A DNA stretch of 37,317 nucleotides, taken from NCBI GenBank assembly GCA_963840855.1, contig CAWJBB010000057.1, forward strand, positions 1-37,317, written 5' to 3'. Both the position numbers and the translations under genes were made by a program. Positions 28,840 through 37,317 of the stretch are shown in pieces. Under the pieces are notes generated by a model. That model was not told the DNA's origin and did not search any database. It was given only the letters and a program-made list of their open reading frames with translations. Every line of letters starts with the position of its first letter. The first letter of the stretch is position 1. This DNA is from an uncultured delta proteobacterium (lineage in GTDB: Bacteria > Desulfobacterota > Binatia > UBA9968).

Positions 28840-29882
28840 CGTTCCATGACCTTTGACGGCGGCGGTGGCGCTCCGAACAAGACTTGAGACGGATACTTCC
28901 GAGAATTGTCAGTGATCTCTTTAATATTCTCGGAAACCGCGCGCAGGTTTTGCACCGTCTTCTCGATGTCCCGCTGTTGGCCGGCAAGCAAGCGATTGAG
29001 CCGCACCAGCGTTTGCCTGAGCTGCACGCCCGTTTCCGGTAGATCCGCCGCCACTAAATCCAAGCGCTGGACCAAGCGATTGATGCCTTCGGATGTTTTT
29101 GGCAGCTCGGCCACTAGCTGCGTCAGCGGCTTATCGACGCGCTCGAGAATCTGTCGCGCCGTACCGGCGGCCGCTGCTGTGTCCTGCACGGCATGTTTGA
29201 GGTCAGATCCGACGAGATCTTTCACTTGCCGATTGGTTTCCCTCATTTCGGTGAGCAGAATGTAGGTCTCCCGACCTATCTTTTCGAGATTGGCGCCCTC
29301 AGCCACCTTCATAAGCGTGCTCAAAGATTTTTCGATGCCTTGGCTCAGCTTCTGGAGGTTGATCTCCTCTATATTCCGCAGAATGCGTTCCACGGCCTCG
29401 GCCAATTGCGTGATGCGGCTTTGCCCCGATGGCACGTAGGGATAAATCGGCTCCCAATCGATCGCCAGGGCCGGGTGGCGCGCGGGATCGAGGTAGTCTA
29501 CCTCGAGATAGGCCGTGCCTGTGAGGCCCTGGGCCGCCAATCGCACGCGCAGCCCCTTGCTGATCTCCGCGGCGAAGCCCGGGCCGCTCGCGTCGGGCAG
29601 GGCATCCTGGAACATGGTCGAGGTCAAACCCGCGCGCACCAGCACGTAACGGCGGCGCGTGGAATATTCCGCGCTCGTGAGGGTGATTTGCTCGACTTTT
29701 CCCACCAGCACGCCGCGAAACTTTACCGCGGACCCAACGTCCAAACCCTGCACGGATTCGTCGATATAAGTTTCAATAATGACTTTTTTCTGGAGCAAGG
29801 TGCCGACACCGAGCACGACGACGCCGATCACGCCGATCACCGTAGCGCTGATGACGAATAAGCCGATTTTGAAATAACTCAA
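28836..29882 (-). CDS. MlaD/MCE family protein
   Basis: N-terminal TM, ESVQGLDVGSAVKFRGVLVGKV MCE motif, GLTGTAYLE, coiled-coil C-terminus ending PSQVLFG. Confidence 0.9.
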   Translation of the reverse strand: MSYFKIGLFVISATVIGVIGVVVLGVGTLLQKKVIIETYIDESVQGLDVGSAVKFRGVLVGKVEQITLTSAEYSTRRRYVLVRAGLTSTMFQDALPDASGPGFAAEISKGLRVRLAAQGLTGTAYLEVDYLDPARHPALAIDWEPIYPYVPSGQSRITQLAEAVERILRNIEEINLQKLSQGIEKSLSTLMKVAEGANLEKIGRETYILLTEMRETNRQVKDLVGSDLKHAVQDTAAAAGTARQILERVDKPLTQLVAELPKTSEGINRLVQRLDLVAADLPETGVQLRQTLVRLNRLLAGQQRDIEKTVQNLRAVSENIKEITDNSRKYPSQVLFGAPPPPSKVMER

Positions 29883-29906
29883 CTTCCCGCCCTGATTACG
29901 CGAACG

Positions 29907-30680
29907 TTACCCGGCCTTGCCGTCGTCCGCTAGCCGCAAAAAAAATTGCCGCACCACGGGATCCTCGCTGTGGTCGCGCAATTCCCGCGGGCTTCCCATG
30001 GCGACGATGCCTTTCCTTTTTTTATCCAACATAATCACGCGATCCGCAATCGCGAAAATGCTCGGCAGCTCGTGGGTCACCACGACGAAGGTGATTTTTA
30101 AGCTTCGCGCGAGGCTGAGAACCAAATGGTCCAGCTCCACCGAGGTGACCGGGTCGAGTCCCGCCGACAACTCATCCAGAAACAAAAGTTGCGGATCCAG
30201 GGCCATGGCCCGCGCGATGGCGCCGCGCTTCTGCATGCCGCCGCTAAGCTCCGCCGGCATACGGTCACCGACGCCACCGAGACCGACCCGTTGCAGTTTC
30301 ATCTGCGCGATCAAGCGAATTGCTTCCGGCGGCAGGTCGGTGAATTCCTCGAGCGCCAGCGCGACATTCTCCAAGAGCGTCATGGAACCGAACAATGCGC
30401 CGCTCTGGTACATGACGCCTAATTTTCTCAGGATGCGCAGCCGCGCCTCGCCCTGGGCCGCCGCAATATCTTCGCCGTCGATGAGAATCCTGCCGGCCGC
30501 GGGTTTGTAGAGCCCAATCATATGCTTGAGCAAGGTGCTCTTGCCGGAGCCGGAACCGCCGAGGATAGCAAACACTTCTCCCGCGTAGACTTCGAAGTTG
30601 AGACGGTCCAACACCACTTGACCGTCATAAGCGGCGGTGAAATCTTCCACCTGGATGATCGTTTCGCGCTCCGCAGACAT
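29907..30680 (-). CDS. MlaF-type ABC ATP-binding protein
   Basis: Walker A GGSGSGKS, YQSGALFGSMT, LSGGMQKR, LFLDE and VVVTHE motifs. Confidence 0.93.
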   Translation of the reverse strand: MSAERETIIQVEDFTAAYDGQVVLDRLNFEVYAGEVFAILGGSGSGKSTLLKHMIGLYKPAAGRILIDGEDIAAAQGEARLRILRKLGVMYQSGALFGSMTLLENVALALEEFTDLPPEAIRLIAQMKLQRVGLGGVGDRMPAELSGGMQKRGAIARAMALDPQLLFLDELSAGLDPVTSVELDHLVLSLARSLKITFVVVTHELPSIFAIADRVIMLDKKRKGIVAMGSPRELRDHSEDPVVRQFFLRLADDGKAG

Positions 30681-30686
30681 GGCCGT

Positions 30687-31799
30687 TCAAACCCCTAGAT
30701 AGTAGTATACCACCGAAAAAATGCCGTCGGTGATGGCGATGAGAATAATTCCGCTAACGACGGCGCTGGTGGTCGATTCTCCCACCGCGGTGGCGCCGGT
30801 GCCGGTATGTAAGCCGCGCAGGCAACCGATGGCGGCGACGAGAATGCCGAACACGAAAGCCTTGAGCAATCCGCCGAGCAGCGATCCATAGGTCACGGCA
30901 TACTGGATCTGGTTAAAATAGGTTATCAAGGGAAAGCCCAGTGACAGCATCACCACTGCGCCGCCGATCAGGCCCAATAGATCCGCGAAAATCGTCAACA
31001 GCGGCGTCATCGCGACGGCGGCGACGACCCGCGTAACGACGAGAAAGCGCACCGGATCGAGGCCCATGGTTTTCAGCGCGTCGATTTCTTCGCGGACCTT
31101 CATCGTGCCCAACTCCGCGGCAAAAGCCGAGCCAGAGCGCCCCGCGAGGATGATCGCGGTCATCAGCGGCCCCAATTCGCGCAGCATCGACAGCGCGATG
31201 AGATTGGCCACGAATAATTCCGCGCCGAACTGGCGCAGCGGCACCGCGGCTTGAAATGCCATGATGAGGCCCATAAGAAAGCTGACCAGCGCCACGATCG
31301 GCAACGCGTTGACGCCGGCGGACTCCGCCACGCGCAGCGCGTCGCGCCAGCGCACGCCGCGCGGATGAAGCGCGGCATGGGCCAGCGCCACCGTGAGTTC
31401 GCCAACGAAGCTGATCAACGTGCGCGTGTCGCGCCAGACGTCCACCACCGCAGCGCCGACTTCTTCGGCAAGACCGGCGTGTTGCGGCTCGGCTTCCGTC
31501 AAGCGCGCCAAATCGCCGGGGTCCCAGGCCTCCAACAATTGTTGAAACTCCGGGCGCAGGCCGCGGATTTCGAAATGGCCGTCCGCCTTCTGGCGCTGGT
31601 TGCGCAACTGAACTAAGAGGGCGATCCCCGAACCATCGCAGTATTCGACGCGTGAAGCGTCGAGCACAACGCTCCCCGCGCCGCCAACCAGCTCCGTCGC
31701 CCTACGCCAAATCTTTCCGGTGTTGGCGGAGTCCAACCGTCCTTCGATGGCGAAGGCCACCAGGCCGTCGCGGGTTTCTTGAACGCGCAGGTTAATCAT
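30687..31799 (-). CDS. MlaE-family permease with an N-terminal STAS domain
   Basis: STAS (LDASRVEYCDGSGIALL), plus LRELGPLMTAIILAGRSGSAFAAELGTMKVREEIDAL and VGESTTSAVV. Confidence 0.93.
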   Translation of the reverse strand: MINLRVQETRDGLVAFAIEGRLDSANTGKIWRRATELVGGAGSVVLDASRVEYCDGSGIALLVQLRNQRQKADGHFEIRGLRPEFQQLLEAWDPGDLARLTEAEPQHAGLAEEVGAAVVDVWRDTRTLISFVGELTVALAHAALHPRGVRWRDALRVAESAGVNALPIVALVSFLMGLIMAFQAAVPLRQFGAELFVANLIALSMLRELGPLMTAIILAGRSGSAFAAELGTMKVREEIDALKTMGLDPVRFLVVTRVVAAVAMTPLLTIFADLLGLIGGAVVMLSLGFPLITYFNQIQYAVTYGSLLGGLLKAFVFGILVAAIGCLRGLHTGTGATAVGESTTSAVVSGIILIAITDGIFSVVYYYLGV

Positions 31800-32090
31800 G
31801 ATTGGGCAGAGTCAAAGGCGGCGGAGAATTGCTTCATGGCGAAACGCACGGCAAAGCCAAAGGCGCACTCCGTTCAGGTTTACTCATATTCGCAGGTAAA
31901 GGAATTCGGCGCAAATAGGGTTCACGCCTATCGTACTCGCGTGGCATCGTCATCCACAGACTCAGCAGCGCGGATAGGAGAAGCGCAGGGGGCCGAACGG
32001 CGGAACTGGTATTGATTGACGCTCGAAGGACGGGAGATATATATAGGTAGAGTTTGCGGACACGATCCACCAGCATGGAGGGTTCGACCT

Positions 32091-32441
32091 ATGGCAAGCA
32101 AGGGGTTATGCCACATTGCGCTTAAGACGCGCGATCTGAAAAAGACCGAAGAATTCTACACCGAGGTCTTGGGCCTTAAACTCGCCTTTCGCCATCCGCC
32201 CAGCATGATTTTTCTCACGACGCCGGGGAGCAACGATCTATTGAACTTCGTCAAAAGCGCCAAGCCCGCGTCAGGCAGCCAAGGGTTGAACCATATCGGC
32301 TTCAAAGTCACGCGCGCCGCGCTCAAGCGGATGGAGCAAAATCTCAATGAGAGCAACGTCGAAATCGAAGGCCGGCGCGGCAAAAGCGCCATCTATTTCT
32401 CGGACCCCAACGGCTACCAGATCGAATTCTTTTGTGACTAA
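32091..32441 (+). CDS. VOC (glyoxalase-like) family protein
   Basis: HIALKTRDL..FYTEVLGL, NHIGF and YFSDPNGYQIE motifs. GGAGG before ATG 32091. Confidence 0.9.
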   Translation: MASKGLCHIALKTRDLKKTEEFYTEVLGLKLAFRHPPSMIFLTTPGSNDLLNFVKSAKPASGSQGLNHIGFKVTRAALKRMEQNLNESNVEIEGRRGKSAIYFSDPNGYQIEFFCD

Positions 32442-32470
32442 GCGGAGACGTCCATTCCCTACAGAGCGCC

Positions 32471-33535
32471 TTACGGGTCAAACAGCCCTAACTGCGGCGA
32501 GTTAGAGGGCCGGCGAAAGTGCTCCGTGGAAAATTCCGGCCAGCGCCGGGTAATCCCCGCCTTCCGTATCGCTAGCTGAAACAGCTCCTTCATCTGCTCG
32601 GCGAAGATGCCCTCGCCGCGCATGCGGGATTTGAAATTCGCGTCGTTCAACTTGCCGCCGCGAATAGCGCGGATGCGGTTGAGAATTTTCTCTTTGCGAT
32701 CCGGATAATGTTGTTCCAGCCATTGCTCGAAGAGAGTCTTCACGGCAAACGGCAGACGCAGCGCAACGTAGCCGGCGAAAGTCGCGCCGGCGCTGGCTGC
32801 CGCTTGGGCGATTGCGGGCGCTTCGGCGTCCGTCAGGCCAGGAATCATCGGCGCTTGCAAGTAGCCGACCGGGATACCCGCGTCGGCAAACGTTTTGATG
32901 GCCGCCAACCGGCGCGCCGGCCTGGAGGCGCGGGGTTCCAGCAGCGAAGACAACTTTTGATCCAACGTCGTCAAAGAGATCGCCACGCCGATGCAGTCGT
33001 AACGCGCAAGCTCGGCAAGAATATCGATGTCCCGCGTCGCCAGGTAGTTTTTAGTAACAATGACGACGGGATTGCGGAATTCCAAACAGACTTCCAAACA
33101 GCGGCGCGTTATCTGCTTTTTTTTCTCCACCGGCTGGTAGCAATCAGTCACGCCGCTCATGGCCAGCAGCTGCGGCCGCCACTTCGGACTGGAGAATTCT
33201 TTGCGCAACAAATCCGCGGCGTCTTCCTTCACCATGATCTTGGTTTCGAAATCCAGCCCTGACGAGAAACCAAGATATTCATGAGTCGGGCGCGCGTAGC
33301 AGTAGACACAGCCATGCTCACAGCCGCGGTAGGGGTTGACACTGGCGTCAAAGCCGACGTCCGGGCTGTCGTTGTAAGCGATGATCGACTTGGAACTATC
33401 GGTGAGAAATTGCGTGTGGGGGGAGGAAATCTCGTCGCTCCATTCCGGGGGCTCCGGCACCCGCTCGATGGCCTCGAAGCGATTCTTCGGATTGCTGGCC
33501 GAGCCGCGGCCACGCGTGGGACCCGGGCTTTGCAT
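32471..33535 (-). CDS. PA0069-family radical SAM protein (spore photoproduct lyase superfamily)
   Basis: NDSPDVGFDASVNPYRGCEHGCVYCYARPTHEYLG, TDCYQPVE, LEPRA and C-terminal QLGLF. Confidence 0.92.
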   Translation of the reverse strand: MQSPGPTRGRGSASNPKNRFEAIERVPEPPEWSDEISSPHTQFLTDSSKSIIAYNDSPDVGFDASVNPYRGCEHGCVYCYARPTHEYLGFSSGLDFETKIMVKEDAADLLRKEFSSPKWRPQLLAMSGVTDCYQPVEKKKQITRRCLEVCLEFRNPVVIVTKNYLATRDIDILAELARYDCIGVAISLTTLDQKLSSLLEPRASRPARRLAAIKTFADAGIPVGYLQAPMIPGLTDAEAPAIAQAAASAGATFAGYVALRLPFAVKTLFEQWLEQHYPDRKEKILNRIRAIRGGKLNDANFKSRMRGEGIFAEQMKELFQLAIRKAGITRRWPEFSTEHFRRPSNSPQLGLFDP

Positions 33536-33541
33536 GAAAAT

Positions 33542-33937
33542 TTATCCGGCGGCGGGCGGGGCCACGGCTGCCGGTGTTGCCGGAGCCACGGCCTGCGCGG
33601 TCTTCCTGGCGGACGCGGACTTGGCCTCATGCGCCAGATGACGGGTCAGCCGCTTCTCCAGCTTGATCTTTCTCTGTATCCGTTTGAGTTTTTTCCGGTC
33701 GCCGCTCGCCGCCCGCAACTCCGCTTTCTGTTTTTTGAGCCCGCGAATGTCCAGTTTGATAGCGTGGATCGCGTGGGTATCTTTGAATGATTCGTCGTAG
33801 GTAATTCCCTTGGCGGCGGCGATGGCCTTGATCAGCGCCTCTTTTTCCATGCCGATCACGCCCTGAAGGCTGGTCGCTTCCTTGGCCAATTCGCGCAACT
33901 TCGGCAGCGTGAGTCTCTGAATATCTTTCAATTCCAT
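33542..33937 (-). CDS. Small basic protein with a Rho-N-like helical N-terminus
   Basis: LTLPKLRELAK..GVIGMEKEALIKAI, Lys/Arg-rich coiled coil, Ala/Pro tail. GGGAGG before ATG 33937. Confidence 0.72.
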   Translation of the reverse strand: MELKDIQRLTLPKLRELAKEATSLQGVIGMEKEALIKAIAAAKGITYDESFKDTHAIHAIKLDIRGLKKQKAELRAASGDRKKLKRIQRKIKLEKRLTRHLAHEAKSASARKTAQAVAPATPAAVAPPAAG

Positions 33938-33953
33938 CTGGCAAATCCTCCCT

Positions 33954-33982
33954 TTGACACCCGTCATCTGGTAGCATATTTT
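33954..33982 (+). promoter_or_regulatory. Putative sigma70 promoter of nth
   Basis: TTGACA (33954-33959), 17-bp spacer, TATTTT (33977-33982), 14 bp before the ATG. Confidence 0.55.
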
Positions 33983-33996
33983 CCTCTATAACCAAA

Positions 33997-34698
33997 ATGG
34001 CGACGGCCCGCAAATCCACTTCGAAATCCCTCGCGAAATCGCAGGCGATCAAGAAGATAATCGCGCGGTTGGAAAAAGCTCATCCCGCCGCCAAACTCGA
34101 TCTTGACTTCGCCAATCCGCTGGAGCTTTTAGTCGCTCTCATCCTTGCCGCCCAAGCGCGGGACGACCTCGTCAATCAGGTCACCGAGCAATTGTTCCGG
34201 ACCCACAAGACGGCGGCCGACTACGCCCAAGCGCCGCTGGCCGAACTTGAAAAACAAATCCGCAGGATCAACTTCTACCGCAACAAGTCAAAGTCGATTC
34301 AGAGATGCTGCAACGAGATCGTCGAACGCTTCGGCGGCAAAGTTCCCGATCAACTGGACAAACTGCTCACGTTGCCGGGCGTCGGCCGAAAAACCGCCAA
34401 CGTCGTTCTTGGCAACGCCTTCGGCCGAGACACCATCGGCGTTGATACCCATGTCATGCGTCTGTCACAGCGACTGGGACTCACGAAAAACACCAACCCG
34501 GATAAGATCGAGCTCGACCTCATGCCGCTTGTCCCGAAAAAAAAACGGGTTCGCTTCTGTCATCTGCTGCAATATCATGGGCGGCGCGTCTGCTTGGCGA
34601 AAAAGCCGAATTGCCCGAAGTGCACGATCCGGTCGCTTTGTCCCTATACAGAGAAAACTCCAGGCGCCACGGCAATTCGCGGCGGCCGGCGCATGTGA
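33997..34698 (+). CDS. nth: Endonuclease III
   Basis: HhH LPGVGRKTANVVL, VDTHV, and 4Fe-4S motif CLAKKPNCPKCTIRSLC. Confidence 0.96.
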   Translation: MATARKSTSKSLAKSQAIKKIIARLEKAHPAAKLDLDFANPLELLVALILAAQARDDLVNQVTEQLFRTHKTAADYAQAPLAELEKQIRRINFYRNKSKSIQRCCNEIVERFGGKVPDQLDKLLTLPGVGRKTANVVLGNAFGRDTIGVDTHVMRLSQRLGLTKNTNPDKIELDLMPLVPKKKRVRFCHLLQYHGRRVCLAKKPNCPKCTIRSLCPYTEKTPGATAIRGGRRM

Positions 34699-34808
34699 CA
34701 TGATTCCAGCCGGGATTTGCGCTCCGCGCGCGCCCGATTCGTCGACCTCGGCAGGCCGCCTGCGCCGGCTATACCGGTCCGGCGATTGATGTGTCTGCGC
34801 GTCGCCGT

Positions 34809-34854
34809 GACCGCCGGCTATTATCTGGCGACCGCCGGCTAAGTCTGCTATGAT
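34809..34854 (+). promoter_or_regulatory. Extended -10 promoter with 12-bp direct repeats
   Basis: GACCGCCGGCTA at 34809 and 34830, then TGcTATGAT at 34846-34854. Confidence 0.4.
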
Positions 34855-34898
34855 ACGAGTCCTGTGCAACTCGTATCTAAGCGCATTAAGTTTCGCCA

Positions 34899-35663
34899 AT
34901 GATCGAAGCCTTTCAGCCTCCCAGTCTCTCCGGCCTGATCCGCGAAGCGCGAGGCTTTTTAGAGTTTCCACGGCTCCTGTTTCGTGCCATTGAACTTGCC
35001 CGGCAGCCCCGCGGGCATGGTGAACCCGTTCTCGTCCTTCCGGGTTACCGCGCCGGTGATGCCTCGACGGCGATTCTCAAAAGTTATCTGCGGTTGTTGG
35101 GGTATCACGTCAGCGGCTGGCACCTGGGGCGTAATTGCGTAGACATGCCTGACGTGCTGCCTCGCGTCTTAAAACGGGTTTTTTCGATGAACCGCCGCAC
35201 GAAGCAGCGGGTTCGCATCATTGGCTGGAGTTTTGGCGGCTTTATCGCCCGGGAACTGGCCCGCGAGCGCCCCGACCTCATCCACCGGGTAATCACTCTC
35301 GGCACGCCCGTGGTCGGCGGCCCCAAATACACGGTTTTCGCCACAAAGCTTCGGCGCGACGGAGTCGACCTGGATGCCATGGAAGCTGAGATCGCAGCAC
35401 GCAACAAAATCATGCTGCAAACTCCCGTGACGGCGATTTACTCCCGCGCCGACGCCATGGTCGCATGGCAAGCCTGCATCGACCGCGAAGGACTAAATGT
35501 CGAACACGTGGAAGTCGGCACAACCCACATGGGCTACGGCTTTTCGCCGGAAGTCTATAAGATCATAGCGCAGCGTCTAGCTAATACGTCAGACGAGTCG
35601 TGTGTGCTCGCACCGACGAAAGCTTCGCTGCGGCGGGAACGGCTCCGCTGCCAGCAGCGCTGA
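34899..35663 (+). CDS. Alpha/beta hydrolase (esterase/lipase-like)
   Basis: PVLVLPG, nucleophile elbow GWSFGG, ITLGTP, YSRADAMV and TTHMG motifs. Confidence 0.88.
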   Translation: MIEAFQPPSLSGLIREARGFLEFPRLLFRAIELARQPRGHGEPVLVLPGYRAGDASTAILKSYLRLLGYHVSGWHLGRNCVDMPDVLPRVLKRVFSMNRRTKQRVRIIGWSFGGFIARELARERPDLIHRVITLGTPVVGGPKYTVFATKLRRDGVDLDAMEAEIAARNKIMLQTPVTAIYSRADAMVAWQACIDREGLNVEHVEVGTTHMGYGFSPEVYKIIAQRLANTSDESCVLAPTKASLRRERLRCQQR

Positions 35664-35698
35664 AAGCTGCCCTGCAAGCAGCTCCGCTTTCGACGAGA

Positions 35699-36184
35699 AT
35701 GGATTCAACTTTCTGGTTTTTCATTTTCGCGGTCCTTTTGGCCGCCATCGGTCTAGCCGGCCTGGTTCTCCCCGCCGTACCCGGCGCGCCGTTGCTGTTC
35801 GCCGGGCTTTTTCTCGCCGCATGGGCTGAAGATTTTACCTACGTCGGCATAAAAACCCTCGCAGTTCTCGGAGTGCTTGCCCTGTTAACTTACGGCGTGG
35901 ATTTTTGGGCAACCATGTTTGGCGCAAAGCGATTCGGCGCTTCGAAGCGCGCCATCATCGGCGCGCTGATCGGCGCGGTCGTTGGGATATTTTTCGGATT
36001 ACTCGGGGTTATATTCGGCCCGTTTATCGGAGCGGTGATCGGCGAGCTCAGCGCGCAGCGCGGGCTTCATGCAGCCGCCCGCGCCGGCGTCGGTGCCACG
36101 GTCGGACTCGTCTTAGGCGCCGCGCTCAAGATTGCGCTCGCGTTCACGATGATCGGCGTATTCGTCGTGGCGCGGTTTCTGTAG
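35699..36184 (+). CDS. DUF456 family membrane protein
   Basis: GLVLPAVPGAPL, GAKRFGASK and GPFIGAVIGE motifs. Start moved to ATG 35699. Confidence 0.88.
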   Translation: MDSTFWFFIFAVLLAAIGLAGLVLPAVPGAPLLFAGLFLAAWAEDFTYVGIKTLAVLGVLALLTYGVDFWATMFGAKRFGASKRAIIGALIGAVVGIFFGLLGVIFGPFIGAVIGELSAQRGLHAAARAGVGATVGLVLGAALKIALAFTMIGVFVVARFL

Positions 36185-36188
36185 ACCG

Positions 36189-36581
36189 CTACTCCGCGCG
36201 GGTCGTCAGCTCGATTTTGTAGCCATTGGGATCTTCGAGGAAGGCAATGGCGTTGCTGCTGCTCCCATGCTTCATCGGGCCGGGCTCGCGCACGATCTTG
36301 ACGCCTTTGGCGCGCAACTCAGCGCAGGTTTTGTAGACGTCCGGAACGCCCAGCGCGATGTGCCCGAAACCGTTGCCAATATCGTACGCGTGCGTGTCCC
36401 AGTTGTAAGTCAGTTCGATGACCGCGTCGGTCTCCTCCGAACCGTAACCGACAAAGGCATTGGTAAACCGGCCCGACTCATATTCTCTCTTTTTCAAAAG
36501 TTTCATACCTAGCCCGTCGCAGTAGAATTTGAGACTCTCATCGAGATCATTGACTCGGATCATCGTGTGGACGATTTTCAT
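36189..36581 (-). CDS. gloA: Lactoylglutathione lyase (glyoxalase I)
   Basis: HTMIRVNDL, IELTYNWD..YDIGNGFGHIAL, REPGPMKHG and EDPNGYKIEL motifs. Confidence 0.95.
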   Translation of the reverse strand: MKIVHTMIRVNDLDESLKFYCDGLGMKLLKKREYESGRFTNAFVGYGSEETDAVIELTYNWDTHAYDIGNGFGHIALGVPDVYKTCAELRAKGVKIVREPGPMKHGSSSNAIAFLEDPNGYKIELTTRAE

Positions 36582-36642
36582 AGCTGGCCCCCTTATCCGA
36601 ATGATTTGGCGTCATCGCGCATATTCACCGTGAAAAGCAACT

Positions 36643-37317
36643 TCAGCTCATCGCCCTGGCAAAACCCCGGATCGTATCTTCCCGGCTTCCGCCCGGCGCG
36701 CTATAGGGAATAATCGCGATCTGTTGAATGCCGGTTTTCTTGATGCGCTCGATTTGCGCGCGGCATTCGGCGGCGCTGCCGGCGATGGCGAATTTATCGA
36801 CCAGCCAATCGGGAATCACCTCGGCGTGGTTCGCCGCCTGGTTCATGTGGTGATAGTAGTCGTAGGTCTTGCGGATGTCCGCCAGAACTTTCTGCTCTTG
36901 CGGATCGAGCACGTAGGGCAGCGGGTGGGCGACGACGCGCGCCACATGAGCCTTCACCGCGTCTTTGGCGGGAGCGCCGTCGGAAACCGCACAAGGAACC
37001 CATAAGACCAGTCTGATGTCTTCGGGCTTTCGCCCCGCGGATTTCGCTCCGGCGGCGATTCTTTCTTGCGCATGCGCTATATAGTCATCGGCGATTCCGA
37101 CCAACACGATGATGCCGTCGGCGATACGCCCGGAAAGCTCGAGCATCTTCGGACCGCTGGCGGCGACGTAGATCGGAATTTTGCGTTGGCTCGGGTGTAA
37201 AACGTGAATCTTGCCGCTTTCCAGCTGCACTTCCTTGCCGTCGATGAGATCGCGCATCTGTTGCACGGTGTTCTCGAAGAACGATAGCTTCGCCGGTTTC
37301 ATGCCCATCGTTTCGAC
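36643..37317 (-). CDS. LLM-class (Mer-like) flavin/F420-dependent oxidoreductase, 5' truncated by the window edge
   Basis: IPIYVAASGPKMLELSGRIADG and FAIAGSAAEC motifs; the frame is open to the window end. Confidence 0.85.
   Translation of the reverse strand, partial: VETMGMKPAKLSFFENTVQQMRDLIDGKEVQLESGKIHVLHPSQRKIPIYVAASGPKMLELSGRIADGIIVLVGIADDYIAHAQERIAAGAKSAGRKPEDIRLVLWVPCAVSDGAPAKDAVKAHVARVVAHPLPYVLDPQEQKVLADIRKTYDYYHHMNQAANHAEVIPDWLVDKFAIAGSAAECRAQIERIKKTGIQQIAIIPYSAPGGSREDTIRGFARAMS

Noticed and set aside
28222-31799. mlaE/F/D-PqiC-like operon as a novel system
   Set aside because: This is a common, well-known four-gene MCE transporter arrangement, including the STAS-MlaE fusion.
31800-32090. 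Short ORFs or ncRNA between mlaE and the VOC gene
   Set aside because: There is no RBS-supported ORF with recognisable features and only trivial hairpins.

Overview
GC-rich bacterial chromosomal segment with about 33 genes. The gene repertoire (many solute-binding proteins, cupins, amidohydrolase, LLM oxidoreductase, molybdopterin enzyme) suggests a Binatia/deltaproteobacterial-type organism, which is inference only. From left to right: a PhnD-like binding protein with two TPR proteins; a probable aromatic-catabolism cluster (Bug/TctC, FAH, cupin, SDR, ABC binding protein, two gentisate-dioxygenase-type bicupins); an orphan histidine kinase; a CMD-family protein; DUF309-mfd; an amidohydrolase; a TPR lipoprotein converging on a TIR-TM-(Ig-like)2-TPR-like membrane protein; an FAD oxidoreductase; a heavily frameshifted MASE1-CHASE histidine kinase; an acetylene-hydratase-like molybdopterin enzyme; an mlaE/F/D-PqiC-like operon; a VOC protein; a PA0069-type radical SAM with a small basic protein divergent from nth; an alpha/beta hydrolase; DUF456; gloA; and a partial LLM oxidoreductase. 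I recognised no tRNA, rRNA, CRISPR array, integrase or transposase. The most notable observations are (1) the receptor-like TIR-Ig protein with an intact WxxxE motif; (2) six intergenic elements built from arms of four tandem GTTC-led 7- or 9-bp units, often just after stop codons and bracketing the TIR gene; (3) a ~70-bp duplicated FAH 5' end that brackets the cupin-SDR pair. Three isolated +1 frameshifts suggest long-read sequencing errors.
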